A DNA stretch of 24,000 bases from Candidatus Parcubacteria bacterium (GCA_023391075.1 JAEWBQ010000004.1:60379-84378), one strand, 5' to 3'; shown: positions 5,213 to 14,150, counted from the first letter of the stretch. Notes: generated by a model from the sequence alone, not told the origin. Numbers and translations are program-made.

Positions 5213-5239
5213 TATCCCTGCTCTTTCGAACAGGGATAT
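5203..5239 (-). terminator. Rho-independent terminator of rpoB-rpoC
   Basis: A 9-bp stem (atatccctg 5212..5220 with cagggatat 5231..5239) has a 10-nt loop. On the minus strand TTGCTTTTTATG follows. It lies 24 nt past the rpoC stop. Confidence 0.7.
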
Positions 5240-5262
5240 ATACTTGTGTGAGGTTTTATTGC

Positions 5263-8200
5263 CTAGGCGGCAAATTCGACGTCTTCGGCGATTTCGCTAG
5301 CGAAATCTTCCTCTTCGTCTTCGTTGCGGGCACCAGTACCTACAGGAATCTTGCGACCGATGATCACGTTTTCCTTGAGGCCGTGCAGGCGGTCAGCGCG
5401 GCCACTTGTGGCAGCGTTGATGAGCACGCGAGTGGTGTCCTGGAACGATGCAGCTGACAGCCAGCTATCGCTCCAGATCGAAACCTTGGTGATACCGAGG
5501 AGCAGTTGGGTGTAGCGGATTAGTTCCTTACCCTCTGCAGCCAGTTCAGCGTTCGCTTCGACGACAGCCGCCTTAGAGACGATGTCACCGGTAACGAAGG
5601 CGCTGTCACCTGGGTCTTCCACCTGTACCCGGCTGAACATCTGACGCACGATGATCTCGAGGTGCTTGTCGGCAACGTCTTGACCCTGTGCGGCGTAGAT
5701 GCGGAGCACTTCGTTGATGATGTAGCGCTGGGTTGCTTCGGTACCCTTGAGGCGCATCAGGTCGTGCAGGTTGAGTGAACCGATCGTCAGGCGGTCGCCT
5801 GCTTCTACGGTGTCACCAGCCGATACGACGAGCTGAGTTGAACCAGGGATTTCGTAGCGAACCGGCGCACCGGCATTTGCAGCCAGAACGAGCGTGTTCT
5901 CAGCGACTTCAACGACACCGTCAAATGGTGCGACGAGTGGCTTCGCTTCGCCTTCAGCGGTCGCCAGGACATCACCGACCTTGACGTTGCTGCCCGACTT
6001 GACGTTGACCGTACGGCCTTCAAGTTCGATGCGTTCAACGTGGCCAGCTTCTGGCGTCACCTGAACGATATACTTCTTGCCATCTTCCCAGACATCTACC
6101 AGACCGGTGACTTCCGTCATGTAGGCCTGACCCTTTGGCGCACGAGCTTCGAAGAGCTCTTCGACACGAGGGAGACCCTGGGTGATGTCACCACCAGCCA
6201 CACCACCGGCGTGGAAGGTACGGAGCGTCAGCTGGGTACCAGGCTCACCGACTGACTGTGCAGCGATGACACCGACTGGCTGAGCGTTGTCGATCAGCTG
6301 GTTGGTCGCCATATCGATACCGTAGCTCTTACGTGGGATACCACGCAGGTTCTTGGTCGACAGAACGCTCTGGATCTTGACTTCCTTGATCGATTCGTCA
6401 GCTTCGATAGCGTTGGCGATCTCACGGGTGATCAGCTCGTTCTTGCCGATATGACCTGGGATGTCTTCGGCGGTGTAGCGGCCGTTAAGGCGGTTACTGA
6501 AGTCGATCATCGTCAGTTCGGTTTCTGAACGGTAGATTGAGTAACCATCGTCATCACCAGCTTCGTCTTCTACTGTAAAGACGTCCTGCGACACGTCGAC
6601 CAGACGGCGGGTCAGGTAACCTGAGTCAGCGGTCTTGAGGGCGGTGTCGATCAGACCCTTACGTGCACCACGGGTGGCGACGAACTGTTCGAGTGAGCTG
6701 AGGCCCTTCTTGTAGCTTGAGCGGATAGGCAGCTCGATTTCCTTGTTGGTGGCATCCACCTGGAGACCGATCATCGCGCTCGCCAGCTTCACGTTTGAGA
6801 TATCACCACGAGCGCCAGAGTTGACCATCACCGAAATGCTGGTGTCCATGCTCTTGAGCTTGTCTTGCAGGAATTCGGTAATCTTGCGGTCAACCGTACG
6901 CCATGTCGATACGGTCAAGCTGTAACGCTCTTCGTCGGTGATGAGACCTTGGTCGTACTGCTCAGAGATGAGCGCAGCCTTGGCGTCACCCTCTGCGATG
7001 AACGCAGGGATTTCTTCGAAGTGCAGGTAGTCGTCCATGCCGGTCGATACGGCAGCAGTCGTAGCGAAGCGGAATGCCAGGCCCTTCATGCGGTCGGCGG
7101 TCTTTGCAGTCATTTCAGCACCGTACTTGTCGAAGACCTGTGCGAGTACCTTCTTGAGCTGCTTCTTGCTCTGGATCGAGTTGTCATACGGGAAATCAGC
7201 CGGCAGGATTTCGTTGAAGAAGACGCGGCCGAGCGTGGTATCGCGGATCTGGCCCTTCGTGAAGACACGGATCGGTGTCTGGAGCTGGATCGTACCCTTG
7301 TCGTAGGCCATTTCAGCTTCGTAGACAGAGCTGTATGGCTTGATGCCTTCGGTCTGAGCGGCAGGCTTTTCGTATGTCAGGTAGTAGTTACCGAGGACAA
7401 CGTCCTGACCGATGTTGAGCACTGGCGAACCGTCGGCTGGCTTCAGCAGGTTGTTGGTTGCTGACATCAGCTCGCGAGCTTCTGCCTGTGCTTCATCGCT
7501 CAGTGGCAAGTGAACAGCCATCTGGTCACCATCGTAGTCGGCGTTGAAACCGTTGGCAACGAGTGGGTGCAGCTGGATTGCCTTACCTTCGACGAGAACT
7601 GGCTGGAAGGCCTGGATAGACAGACGGTGGAGTGACGGTGCGCGGTTGAGGAGCACGTACTTGCCTTCGATAACAGCGTCGAGTGCGTCCCAGACCAGTG
7701 CGTCACCGGCTTCGATCAGACGAGTAGCAGAACGGATGTTGTGCGCGTGCTCGCCACGGATCAGCCAGCTGATAACGAATGGCTTGAACAGTTCGAGGGC
7801 CATCTGTTTTGGCAGACCACACTGGTGGATCTTGAGCTTTGGACCGACGACGATAACTGAACGGCCTGAGTAGTCGACACGCTTACCGAGAAGGTTCTGG
7901 CGGAAACGACCCTGCTTACCCTTGAGCATGTCGCTGATTGATTTCAGACGGCGGCGGCCACCGGTCGCGTTAACGGCGCGGCCACCACGAGCGGCTGAGT
8001 TGTCAATCAGTGAGTCGACGGCTTCCTGGAGCATGCGCATTTCGTTGCGGCGGATGACTTCAGGAGCGTTGAGCTCGATCAGCTTCTTGAGACGGTTGTT
8101 ACGGTTGATGACACGGCGATAGAGGTCATTGAGGTCGCTGGTCGCGAAACGGCCACCGGTCAGCTGCACCATCGGACGGAGGTCCGGCGGGATGACTGGC

Positions 8201-9093
8201 AGGACGGTCAGGGCGAGGCTGTTTGGCTTGATGCCGGCAGCGTGCATACCCTCGAGCACCTTGAGGCGCTTAAGGAGCTTCTTTTCGCGCTGGCCCTTGG
8301 CTGATTCGACTTCCTCGCTCAGCTGCTTGATCAGCACTGGCAGGTCGATTTCGTCGAGCAGTGCCTTCAGAGCGACGCCACCCATACCAACCTTGACGAG
8401 TTCTTCGTACTCTTCTGGAAGTGCGCGGTAGTCAGTTTCGTTCAGCAGTGCGCCCTTTACGAGGCTTTCGAGCTGAGCTTTCTTGACGTTGTAGCTTTCG
8501 TTGAGGTCTTCGACTTCACGTGACTGCTGTTCAGCGAGTGTCTTGACGTCGGCACCTTCAACTTCGGCTTCTTTTTCGAAGCGCATCTTGATAGCCATGC
8601 GGCCAGCTTCGGTTTCGGCTTCGAGGTCGGCCAGGTACTGGTCGCGCTTCTCTGCCTCGACGTCGAGGATGACATAGGTAGCAAAGTAAGCGATGCGCTC
8701 GAGGTTACGAACCGTGATGCCGAGCAGCAGGCTCATCGCGCTTGGGGTGCCGCGCATGAACCAGATGTGTGCTACTGGAGCAGCCAGCTGGATGTGACCC
8801 ATGCGTTCGCGGCGAACGATGCTCTTGGTAACGAGCTCGCCATTCTTGTCGACGGCAGCTTCGCGAGAGCGAACGCCCTTGAGCTTGCTGTCGTGCGGGT
8901 TGATATCTTTGACTGGGCCAAAGATACGCTCACAGAACAGACCGTCGCGTTCTGGCTTCTGGGTGCGGTAGTTGATGGTTTCTGGCTTGGTAACTTCGCC
9001 GTAGCTCCATTTGAGGATGTCCTCAGGGCTAGCGACGGCCAGACGTACGGCGTCAAAGTCACCGATGCCGTTGGTGGCGACTACTCGACTCAT
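5263..9093 (-). CDS. rpoC: DNA-directed RNA polymerase subunit beta'
   Basis: 1276 aa with the catalytic NADYDGDQMAVH motif and other conserved beta' blocks (RRVINRNNRLKKL, GKRVDYSGRSVIVVGP). Its ATG overlaps the rpoB stop as TAATG. Confidence 0.98.
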   Translation of the reverse strand: MSRVVATNGIGDFDAVRLAVASPEDILKWSYGEVTKPETINYRTQKPERDGLFCERIFGPVKDINPHDSKLKGVRSREAAVDKNGELVTKSIVRRERMGHIQLAAPVAHIWFMRGTPSAMSLLLGITVRNLERIAYFATYVILDVEAEKRDQYLADLEAETEAGRMAIKMRFEKEAEVEGADVKTLAEQQSREVEDLNESYNVKKAQLESLVKGALLNETDYRALPEEYEELVKVGMGGVALKALLDEIDLPVLIKQLSEEVESAKGQREKKLLKRLKVLEGMHAAGIKPNSLALTVLPVIPPDLRPMVQLTGGRFATSDLNDLYRRVINRNNRLKKLIELNAPEVIRRNEMRMLQEAVDSLIDNSAARGGRAVNATGGRRRLKSISDMLKGKQGRFRQNLLGKRVDYSGRSVIVVGPKLKIHQCGLPKQMALELFKPFVISWLIRGEHAHNIRSATRLIEAGDALVWDALDAVIEGKYVLLNRAPSLHRLSIQAFQPVLVEGKAIQLHPLVANGFNADYDGDQMAVHLPLSDEAQAEARELMSATNNLLKPADGSPVLNIGQDVVLGNYYLTYEKPAAQTEGIKPYSSVYEAEMAYDKGTIQLQTPIRVFTKGQIRDTTLGRVFFNEILPADFPYDNSIQSKKQLKKVLAQVFDKYGAEMTAKTADRMKGLAFRFATTAAVSTGMDDYLHFEEIPAFIAEGDAKAALISEQYDQGLITDEERYSLTVSTWRTVDRKITEFLQDKLKSMDTSISVMVNSGARGDISNVKLASAMIGLQVDATNKEIELPIRSSYKKGLSSLEQFVATRGARKGLIDTALKTADSGYLTRRLVDVSQDVFTVEDEAGDDDGYSIYRSETELTMIDFSNRLNGRYTAEDIPGHIGKNELITREIANAIEADESIKEVKIQSVLSTKNLRGIPRKSYGIDMATNQLIDNAQPVGVIAAQSVGEPGTQLTLRTFHAGGVAGGDITQGLPRVEELFEARAPKGQAYMTEVTGLVDVWEDGKKYIVQVTPEAGHVERIELEGRTVNVKSGSNVKVGDVLATAEGEAKPLVAPFDGVVEVAENTLVLAANAGAPVRYEIPGSTQLVVSAGDTVEAGDRLTIGSLNLHDLMRLKGTEATQRYIINEVLRIYAAQGQDVADKHLEIIVRQMFSRVQVEDPGDSAFVTGDIVSKAAVVEANAELAAEGKELIRYTQLLLGITKVSIWSDSWLSAASFQDTTRVLINAATSGRADRLHGLKENVIIGRKIPVGTGARNEDEEEDFASEIAEDVEFAA

Positions 9094-12000
9094 TACGCGT
9101 CCTCCTTAATTGTTTCGATTTCGTCAATATCTTGAATGTTCATGCCGTCTTCGATGTCGCCGAATTCATCAGCTTCGTCGAGTACGGTTTCAGTGTCTTC
9201 GTCATCTGCGAATGAGACCTGAGCTGGCACAGACTTGTCTTCTGGACCGGCGTTAGCAATCACGTGCTCAGCGTCAACGACTTCGTCTTCTGATTCGTCG
9301 AGCAGGTCAACACGCAGACCGAGGCCTTGTAGTTCCTTCACGAGGACGTTGAAGCTTTCTGGCAGCTTCGGACCAACGATCGGCTCGTGCTTGATGATCG
9401 ATTCGTATGCCTTGGCACGACCGTAAACATCGTCGGACTTGATGGTAAGCATTTCCTGGAGCGTAGCGGCAGCACCGTATGCTTCCAGTGCCCACACCTC
9501 CATCTCACCGAAGCGCTGGCCGCCATTTTGTGCCTTACCACCGAGCGGCTGCTGGGTGACCATCGTGTATGGACCAGTCGAGCGGGCGTGGATCTTGTCG
9601 CTGACCATGTGGTGCAGCTTGATCATGTGCATGACACCGACAGTGGTGCGCTCTTCGAACGCTTCACCAGTACGACCGTCAAACAGCTGACTCTTACCAT
9701 CACGGGCGAGGCCGGCTTTTTCGAGCTCATCGGCGATCACTTCGTTTGGCACACCGTTGAATGGAGGCGTTGCAACCTTGTAACCAAGGGCGCGCGCAGC
9801 CATACCGAGGTGCGTTTCAAACAGCTGACCGATATTCATACGGCTTGGGACACCGAGTGGGTTGAGGACGACGTCGACTGGCGTACCGTCTTCCATGAAT
9901 GGCATGTCTTCGGTTGGGAGGATACGTGCGACCACACCCTTGTTACCGTGACGACCTGCCAGCTTGTCACCGACAGAGATCTTGCGCAGCTGTGCGACGA
10001 AGATCTGGATCTGCATCAAGACACCTGCCTTGAGTTCGTGACCGTTCTCACGTGAGAAGATCTTGACGCCGACGACCTTGCCGCCACCAGCATTGTTCAT
10101 GCGCTGTGAAGTATCGCGGACATCCTTGGCTTTTTCACCGAAGATGGCACGGAGGAGGCGCTCTTCTGAGCTAAGCTCCTGCTCACCCTTTGGCGTAATC
10201 TTACCGACGAGGACGTCACCGGCCTTGACCTCAGAACCGACTTGTACGATACCGTTTTCGTCGAGGTGGCGCAGTGATTCTTCTGATACGTTCGGGATAT
10301 CGCGGGTTACGATTTCCGGGCCAAGTTTGGTTTCGCGGACTTCAACAGTGTAGTCCTTGATGTTGATGCTTGAGAGGCCGTCTTCCTTGACGAGGCGGTC
10401 GCTCAGGACGATTGCGTCGTCCATGTTGTAACCGTTCCAAGGCATGAAGGCGACGAGCAGGTCGCGGCCGAGCGCGAGCTCGCCGTCAGCAACTGACGCA
10501 CCTTCGATCAGGGTGTCACCCTTCTTTACCTTGTCGCCGCGGTTAACGCGGGTCTTTTGGTTGATCGAGCGGTCGTCGTTGCTCTTCTCAAAGTGAGTCA
10601 GTTCGTAAATCTTGACGCCGTCTTTGTACTTGACGTGAACCTGGTCGCCGTCAGCACGAACGACTTCACCGTCGCCTTCGGCCATAACCAGCTGGCTGGT
10701 GTTCTGGGCGATTGACGCTTCGATACCAGTACCAACGGTTGGAGCTTCAGGATTGAGGAGCGGTACAGCCTGTTTCTGCATGTTTGAACCGGTCAAAGCA
10801 CGGTCTACACGGTCTTTCTCTACGAAAGGCACGAGGCTGGCGGTCGAACCGAGGATCTGCTTGTGCGCAGCGTCCATGAAGGTGATTTCGCTGGCGTCAA
10901 CCTGGCCAGGAGCGAGGCTGATACGAGCACTAACACGCTCGTCCTTGAACGTACCATCTTCGTTGAGTTCAACGCCGGCTTCAGCGATGACTTCGGTGAT
11001 TTCCTGTGAGGCGTCCATGTAGACAACTTCGTCAGTTACCTTGCCGTCGACGACGCGCAGGTATGGAGTTTCGATGAACCCGTATTCGTTAACACGAGCG
11101 TAGGTCGCAAGGTTGAGTACCAGACCGATGTTCGCGCCTTCTGGGGTTTCCACGGAACAGAGGCGGCCGTAGTGAGTTGGGTGGGCGTCACGAACGTCCA
11201 GACCAGCACGCTCACGCGAGAGACCGCCAGGACCCATCGAGCTGAGGCGGCGCTTGTGCGAAAGCTCGGCGAGTGGGTTGGTGTCGTCCATCAGCTGTGA
11301 CAGCTGTGAGCTGGCGAAGAATTCGCGAACCGCAGCGACCACTGGACGAGCGTTGATCAGCTGGCCAGGAGTGACCGTTTCGAGGTCAGACATAGACATG
11401 CGGTCCATAGCGTTACGCTGCATACGGAGCATACCGACGCGGAACTGGCGAGCAACGAGCTCACCGACCAGCTTGATGCGGCGGTTGCTGAGAGCGTCGA
11501 TGTCATCGGCAGCTTCCTGCGTATTGTTGAGGCGGATGAGCTCCTTGATAATGGCAACGAGGTCGCTCATCTGGAAAACGCGGTTTTCGCTAGTGTTCGC
11601 TACTTCCAGGCCGAGGCGCTGGTTGAGCTTGTAACGGCCGACGCGGCTGTAGTCGAAGCGCTTGAAGTCGAAGAACATGCGTTCGATCATGCTGCGGGCG
11701 TTATCGACGGTCGCCAGGTCACCTGGACGCAGGCGGCGGTAAACTTCGATCAGGGCTTCGTTTGCACCACGTGCAGCGTCCTTCTCAAGAGTTGCATCGA
11801 TGTACTTGGTTTCACCAGTGTCGACATCAGCAAAGAGTGCCTTGATGTCGCTCGTCTTGGCGTGGCCAAGTGCGCGCAACAATGTCGTAACAGGCAGCTT
11901 GCGGCGGCGGTCGATCTTGACGTAGAGTGCGCCGTTTGAAGCGGTCTCGAATTCGAGCCATGCACCGCGGCCAGGGATCAACTTGGCACCGTAATAGTTC

Positions 12001-12455
12001 TGGCCGGCAACAGAGTCAGCCGTGAAGAATACACCAGCTGAACGGATCAGCTGTGAAACGACAACACGCTCGGTACCGTTGATGATAAACGTACCGCGGT
12101 CGGTCATCCATGGGTAGTCACCCAGGTAGATTTCCTGTTCTTTGACTTCGCCAGTCACCTTGTTGGTCAGCTCGACCTTGGCATGCAGCGGAGCATCAAA
12201 GGTCAAGTTGTTTTCCTTGGCGTCCTGTTCGCTTGTCTTAGGGTCCTGGAACGCATAATCCTTAAACCGCAGTTCGAGCTTCTGACCGGTATAGTCCTCG
12301 ATTGGGTTAAGTTCTGCAAAAATCTCGCTCAAACCGGTCTCGACGAATTCTCGCCATGAGTCCTTCTGGTGAGCGATGAGGTTTGGTAGCGGCAAAGCCG
12401 TGTCATCCTTCGTAAAGAATACACGCTTCGTCGCGGTAGCCTTGGTTTGTGCCAC
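9093..12455 (-). CDS. rpoB: DNA-directed RNA polymerase subunit beta
   Basis: Conserved beta blocks are present (GRHGNKGVV, NMQRQAVPLL-like MQKQAVPLL, PSRMNIGQ, GGQRFGEMEVWALEAYGAA). I prefer the GTG at 12455, which has GAGGAG 8 nt upstream, over the ORF-track TTG at 12473. The acidic C-terminal tail is also seen in other Gram-positive-type beta subunits. Confidence 0.97.
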   Translation of the reverse strand: MAQTKATATKRVFFTKDDTALPLPNLIAHQKDSWREFVETGLSEIFAELNPIEDYTGQKLELRFKDYAFQDPKTSEQDAKENNLTFDAPLHAKVELTNKVTGEVKEQEIYLGDYPWMTDRGTFIINGTERVVVSQLIRSAGVFFTADSVAGQNYYGAKLIPGRGAWLEFETASNGALYVKIDRRRKLPVTTLLRALGHAKTSDIKALFADVDTGETKYIDATLEKDAARGANEALIEVYRRLRPGDLATVDNARSMIERMFFDFKRFDYSRVGRYKLNQRLGLEVANTSENRVFQMSDLVAIIKELIRLNNTQEAADDIDALSNRRIKLVGELVARQFRVGMLRMQRNAMDRMSMSDLETVTPGQLINARPVVAAVREFFASSQLSQLMDDTNPLAELSHKRRLSSMGPGGLSRERAGLDVRDAHPTHYGRLCSVETPEGANIGLVLNLATYARVNEYGFIETPYLRVVDGKVTDEVVYMDASQEITEVIAEAGVELNEDGTFKDERVSARISLAPGQVDASEITFMDAAHKQILGSTASLVPFVEKDRVDRALTGSNMQKQAVPLLNPEAPTVGTGIEASIAQNTSQLVMAEGDGEVVRADGDQVHVKYKDGVKIYELTHFEKSNDDRSINQKTRVNRGDKVKKGDTLIEGASVADGELALGRDLLVAFMPWNGYNMDDAIVLSDRLVKEDGLSSINIKDYTVEVRETKLGPEIVTRDIPNVSEESLRHLDENGIVQVGSEVKAGDVLVGKITPKGEQELSSEERLLRAIFGEKAKDVRDTSQRMNNAGGGKVVGVKIFSRENGHELKAGVLMQIQIFVAQLRKISVGDKLAGRHGNKGVVARILPTEDMPFMEDGTPVDVVLNPLGVPSRMNIGQLFETHLGMAARALGYKVATPPFNGVPNEVIADELEKAGLARDGKSQLFDGRTGEAFEERTTVGVMHMIKLHHMVSDKIHARSTGPYTMVTQQPLGGKAQNGGQRFGEMEVWALEAYGAAATLQEMLTIKSDDVYGRAKAYESIIKHEPIVGPKLPESFNVLVKELQGLGLRVDLLDESEDEVVDAEHVIANAGPEDKSVPAQVSFADDEDTETVLDEADEFGDIEDGMNIQDIDEIETIKEDA

Positions 12456-12586
12456 GCGGTAAACTCCTCGCAATAAATTGTTTTAGTGATAGAATCGGCG
12501 CCGAAGATCCTTGCTATGGTCGTGCCCGGCCGTTGCCACTTGACTGGGGACATAGATAACCACAACTACACTACTTCTTAGTACTT

Positions 12587-12615
12587 ATTGTGAAGCCTGG
12601 GAAGCAAATAGTCAA
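12587..12615 (-). promoter_or_regulatory. Candidate rpoB promoter (TTGACT-17-CACAAT)
   Basis: The -35 TTGACT is rc of 12610..12615 and the -10 CACAAT is rc of 12587..12592, with a 17-nt spacer. This implies a leader of about 125 nt. Confidence 0.4.
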
Positions 12616-12643
12616 GTAATTTACCGGATGATTTTACTAGGAA

Positions 12644-13387
12644 TTATGCTTCAATGTCCGCAATGACAATCGTGCCATCATCGATAATGTGAGAGGCGCT
12701 AAAAATCTTATTTACCGTAGCTACGGCGGTCTGACCTACGCTCCGTACTGCACTCTCCATCCACCATTGATACTCATCGTTCATGCCGTCAAATCCTATC
12801 GGTCCCAGCCCGTCCGTCGCAAACACCAGCCTATCGCCCTCACTCAGCCTCTCAAACCCCCAGATAGGCAGGTGCGAGTGAGTACTATTCGGCCTTAGTG
12901 TCAGACGGTCATGGTCTCCACCGAGGGCGTTCAAAAGTTGGTGACGCGCATTTGGGTCGTGCTGGGGCTGGGTCAGTTCATATAGGTCACCGGAAGCTGG
13001 CAAATAAAATAAACGCGAGTCGCCTGCGTGCAGCCATGCCACGTAACCATCGTCCGTTACGACGCTCCCCGTGAAGGTCGTTACTGATCCCGTCTCCTTC
13101 ACTGCCCTGTGCAGCTCACTGTATACCTCAGGCAGCGCCTCGAGGACGGCTTGGATACCCAGCCGAAACGAAGGTGCATACTTCACGAATGCTTCGCACG
13201 CTGCCTCTGCGGCAAGAGCGCCGTCGCTGCTTCCTCCTACCCCGTCAGCAACCGCAAAGAACTGTGTATCAACATCAGCTACCAGGCGGTCCTGTCCGCT
13301 TGGTTGGCCCGGCGGCAAGTCATAATGAAGAAGCTGCGCCACTTCCCGACGCGTGCGACTACGAAAAGCCACCTCGCCAATACTCAT
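12644..13387 (-). CDS. PP2C-family Ser/Thr protein phosphatase (247 aa)
   Basis: PP2C signature blocks are present: FAVADGVGG, HAGDSRLF, FATDGL, and C-terminal IIDDGTIVIADI. I prefer the ATG at 13387 over the SD-less TTG at 13417. Confidence 0.85.
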   Translation of the reverse strand: MSIGEVAFRSRTRREVAQLLHYDLPPGQPSGQDRLVADVDTQFFAVADGVGGSSDGALAAEAACEAFVKYAPSFRLGIQAVLEALPEVYSELHRAVKETGSVTTFTGSVVTDDGYVAWLHAGDSRLFYLPASGDLYELTQPQHDPNARHQLLNALGGDHDRLTLRPNSTHSHLPIWGFERLSEGDRLVFATDGLGPIGFDGMNDEYQWWMESAVRSVGQTAVATVNKIFSASHIIDDGTIVIADIEA

Positions 13388-13397
13388 TGTAAGGAGA

Positions 13398-13406
13398 TTT
13401 ATATCA
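13398..13406 (-). promoter_or_regulatory. Extended -10 (TGaTATAAA) 10 nt upstream of the PP2C ATG
   Basis: rc of 13398..13406 reads TGATATAAA. The 10 nt before ATG 13387 contain no SD on the sense strand. Confidence 0.4.
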
Positions 13407-13426
13407 CAAGTTATCAAACAATCAAA

Positions 13427-13732
13427 CTATACGGTGTGCGTCACGAGTAGGCTCACTACTACGAGGCTGTCGATCAGTATCCAGAGAATGTTCGAGACGA
13501 TCATCGGCATCACCCGGTGGCGCAGGCCATATATCAGGAACAGTCCAGCGCACAGTGCGAAACTAATCCATGAAATAATAGACACGCCATGCGCGTCACC
13601 TTCAATAATCTTAACAAGCTGCGGCAAAGCACTCATGGGGTATACCACTGAGACCACAAAGACTAATCGCGTCAAAATTTTATCGCCGGCTGGGGCGGTC
13701 TTTTTGTGTTTGACTGGAACAGGAGCAAGCAT
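13427..13732 (-). CDS. SemiSWEET / PQ-loop-like 3-TM small transporter (101 aa)
   Basis: The protein reads ...ILTRLVFVVSVVYPMSALPQLVKIIEGDAHGVSIISWISFALCAGLFLIYGLRHRVMPMIVSNILWILIDSLVVVSLLV. It has three TM helices, with a PQ motif at the end of TM1 as in bacterial SemiSWEETs. The start was moved to ATG 13732; the upstream 40 codons are Cys-rich junk. Confidence 0.7.
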   Translation of the reverse strand: MLAPVPVKHKKTAPAGDKILTRLVFVVSVVYPMSALPQLVKIIEGDAHGVSIISWISFALCAGLFLIYGLRHRVMPMIVSNILWILIDSLVVVSLLVTHTV

Positions 13733-13739
13733 AAGAGCT

Positions 13740-13745
13740 ATTATA
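13740..13745 (-). promoter_or_regulatory. -10 TATAAT 7 nt upstream of the SemiSWEET ATG (leaderless geometry)
   Basis: rc of 13740..13745 reads TATAAT. It is followed by agctctt and then ATG at 13732. There is no SD. Confidence 0.45.
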
Positions 13746-13783
13746 CATGACCCGCTACCCTTTCGTCCTTTTGGACTCGTCAG

Positions 13784-13801
13784 TGTAATTACGCAATTAC
13801 A
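13784..13801. promoter_or_regulatory. 18-bp palindrome TGTAATTacgcAATTACA, a candidate operator upstream of the SemiSWEET gene
   Basis: The arms are perfect over 7 bp with a 4-bp centre. It is intergenic and centred about 60 nt upstream of the proposed SemiSWEET start. Confidence 0.3.
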
Positions 13802-13895
13802 GAGGGTGTGTGCGATGACGGTTCGGTGGCATACACCACCACCCCGACACATCCTGTCGCACTCAGGGTTCTCCTTGCGGCTCTCGTGGCACCAG

Positions 13896-14150
13896 TTACT
13901 CTGTCGATAGCCGACGATACATCATGAAGGCTCCTGCAACAACCGCCACTGCCACAGTGGCAACATACCAGATAATACCGCAGCATATCACCAAGAGTAC
14001 GAATGCTAGGAAAAAAATGAACTTTAGCTTCACGTATTCGTCCGCCCCAAGGTGCCGCCTGTTTAACAGCCAGTCACGAACAGTGTGTTTTGATTCGACA
14101 ACCAAGTAAATCAAAGCGGCAAGTATCAGAAAGTTTACGAGCGCGTTCAT
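13896..14150 (-). CDS. Hypothetical small membrane protein (84 aa, 2-3 TM)
   Basis: ATG at 14150 is preceded by GGAGGATGAGGG. Hydrophobic segments include NALVNFLILAALIYLVV and FIFFLAFVLLVICCGIIWYVATVAVAVVAGAF. Confidence 0.5.
   Translation of the reverse strand: MNALVNFLILAALIYLVVESKHTVRDWLLNRRHLGADEYVKLKFIFFLAFVLLVICCGIIWYVATVAVAVVAGAFMMYRRLSTE

Noticed and set aside
9093-9300. Acidic C-terminal extension of RpoB (DDEDTETVLDEADEFGDIEDGMNIQDIDEIETIKEDA) as an unusual feature
   Set aside because: Comparable acidic tails occur in beta subunits of other Gram-positive-type bacteria, so this is not distinctive enough to flag.
5324-12565. Many 60-220-aa ORFs inside or antisense to rpoC and rpoB (for example 6865..7464, 9387..10055, 10063..10353, 11254..11634)
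   Set aside because: They are all nested within two unambiguous, very highly conserved genes. They are shadow ORFs with Arg/Ser/Leu-rich or otherwise biased composition and no start signals.
13353-13910. 185-aa plus-strand ORF, and the 141-aa and 65-aa minus-strand extensions around the SemiSWEET gene
   Set aside because: The plus-strand ORF is antisense to the SemiSWEET gene and crosses intergenic DNA. The first 40 codons of the 141-aa ORF are Cys/Gly-rich non-membrane sequence lying upstream of a TATAAT-7nt-ATG start.
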